The notes beneath the pieces were generated by a model. It did not search any database, was not told the origin of the DNA, and worked only from the letters and a program-made list of their open reading frames with translations. DNA of 64,000 bases, from NCBI GenBank assembly GCA_963726745.1, contig CAVSDR010000002.1, forward strand, positions 1 to 64,000, in the 5' to 3' direction. Within the stretch, counting starts at the first letter, position 1. Every line of letters begins with the position of its first letter. Both the position numbers and the translations under genes were made by a program. Shown one piece after another: positions 63,363 to 64,000 of this stretch. Source of the stretch: an uncultured Verrucomicrobiae bacterium. GTDB lineage: Bacteria; Verrucomicrobiota; Verrucomicrobiia; Chthoniobacterales; UBA10450.

Positions 63363-64000
63363 ATGAATTATCGACGTCTAGGCCGGTCCGGTTTGAAAGT
63401 CAGCGAGCTCTCCTTCGGCGCGTGGGTCACCTTTGCGCAGCAGATCACCGAGGAGACGGCCGAAGAGCTCATGACCGCGGCCTACGACGCGGGCGTGAAC
63501 TTCTTCGACAACGCGGAAGTCTACGCCGCCGGCAAGGCCGAGATCGTGATGGGGAACATTCTCAAACGTCGCGGCTGGGCCCGCGACACTTTCATCGTCT
63601 CGAGCAAGGTCTTTTGGGGCGGCGAGCGGCCGACGCAGGAAGGCCTAAGCCGCAAGCATGTCTTCGAAGCGTGCGAGGCCGCGCTCCGCCGGCTGCAGGT
63701 CGATTATCTCGATCTCTATTTTTGCCATCGCCCTGACCCGGAGACGCCGATCGAGGAAACGGTGCGCGCGATGAGCGATCTCATCCGCCAGGGGAAAGTG
63801 CTCTACTGGGGCACGAGCGAGTGGAGCGCGGAGCAAATTCGCGAAGCGGCCACGATTGCGCGCGAGCTGCACGCGGTCCCGCCGACGATGGAGCAGCCGC
63901 AATACAACATGTTTCACCGCGAGAAGGTGGAGCGGGAGTTCGCCCCGCTTTACGCCGAGATCGGGCTGGGCACGACCATTTGGTCGCCGCTCGCCTCCGG
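63363..64000 (+). CDS. Aldo/keto reductase (Kv-beta-like), truncated by window end
   Basis: Manual translation: [24 protein letters not shown]...FFDNAEVY...GLSRKHV...[12 protein letters not shown]...YWGTSEW. Confidence 0.9.
   Translation, partial: MNYRRLGRSGLKVSELSFGAWVTFAQQITEETAEELMTAAYDAGVNFFDNAEVYAAGKAEIVMGNILKRRGWARDTFIVSSKVFWGGERPTQEGLSRKHVFEACEAALRRLQVDYLDLYFCHRPDPETPIEETVRAMSDLIRQGKVLYWGTSEWSAEQIREAATIARELHAVPPTMEQPQYNMFHREKVEREFAPLYAEIGLGTTIWSPLAS

Overview
High-GC bacterial chromosomal segment, probably Verrucomicrobiota (Chthoniobacterales-like). This is inferred from the PEP-CTERM protein, the 'NISTRG' C-terminal domains, the STK-ECF pair and the REP types. Positions ~1-6300 are an accessory, defence-like hotspot: a PIN toxin/antitoxin pair, a thiolase 3' fragment, a Zn-ribbon/HEPN-motif gene, an OLD nuclease + UvrD helicase pair (Gabija-like), and two diverged copies of an aminotransferase 3' end flanking a 24-aa tandem-repeat ORF. 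The core region holds hppD-hmgA, folE, a triple-domain PTPS, phhA, two ECF modules, a tgt-methyltransferase fusion, asd, hutHUGI, tig-clpP-clpX, cinA, nadD-rsfS, nagZ, ychF, tRNA-Arg(UCU) and tRNA-Pro(GGG). A decayed integron (integrase fragment, attC-like halves, PEP-CTERM gene) lies at ~58.7-60.5 kb. The strongest unexplained signal is the non-palindromic 9-mer GCCTAACGA/TCGTTAGGC. I counted at least 24 exact copies by eye against about 0.4 expected. They occur on both strands and in five codon contexts inside conserved genes, using rare codons, and none occur in the foreign island. This resembles a DNA uptake sequence or a chromosome-organising site. Several single-base frameshifts in conserved genes look like sequencing errors.
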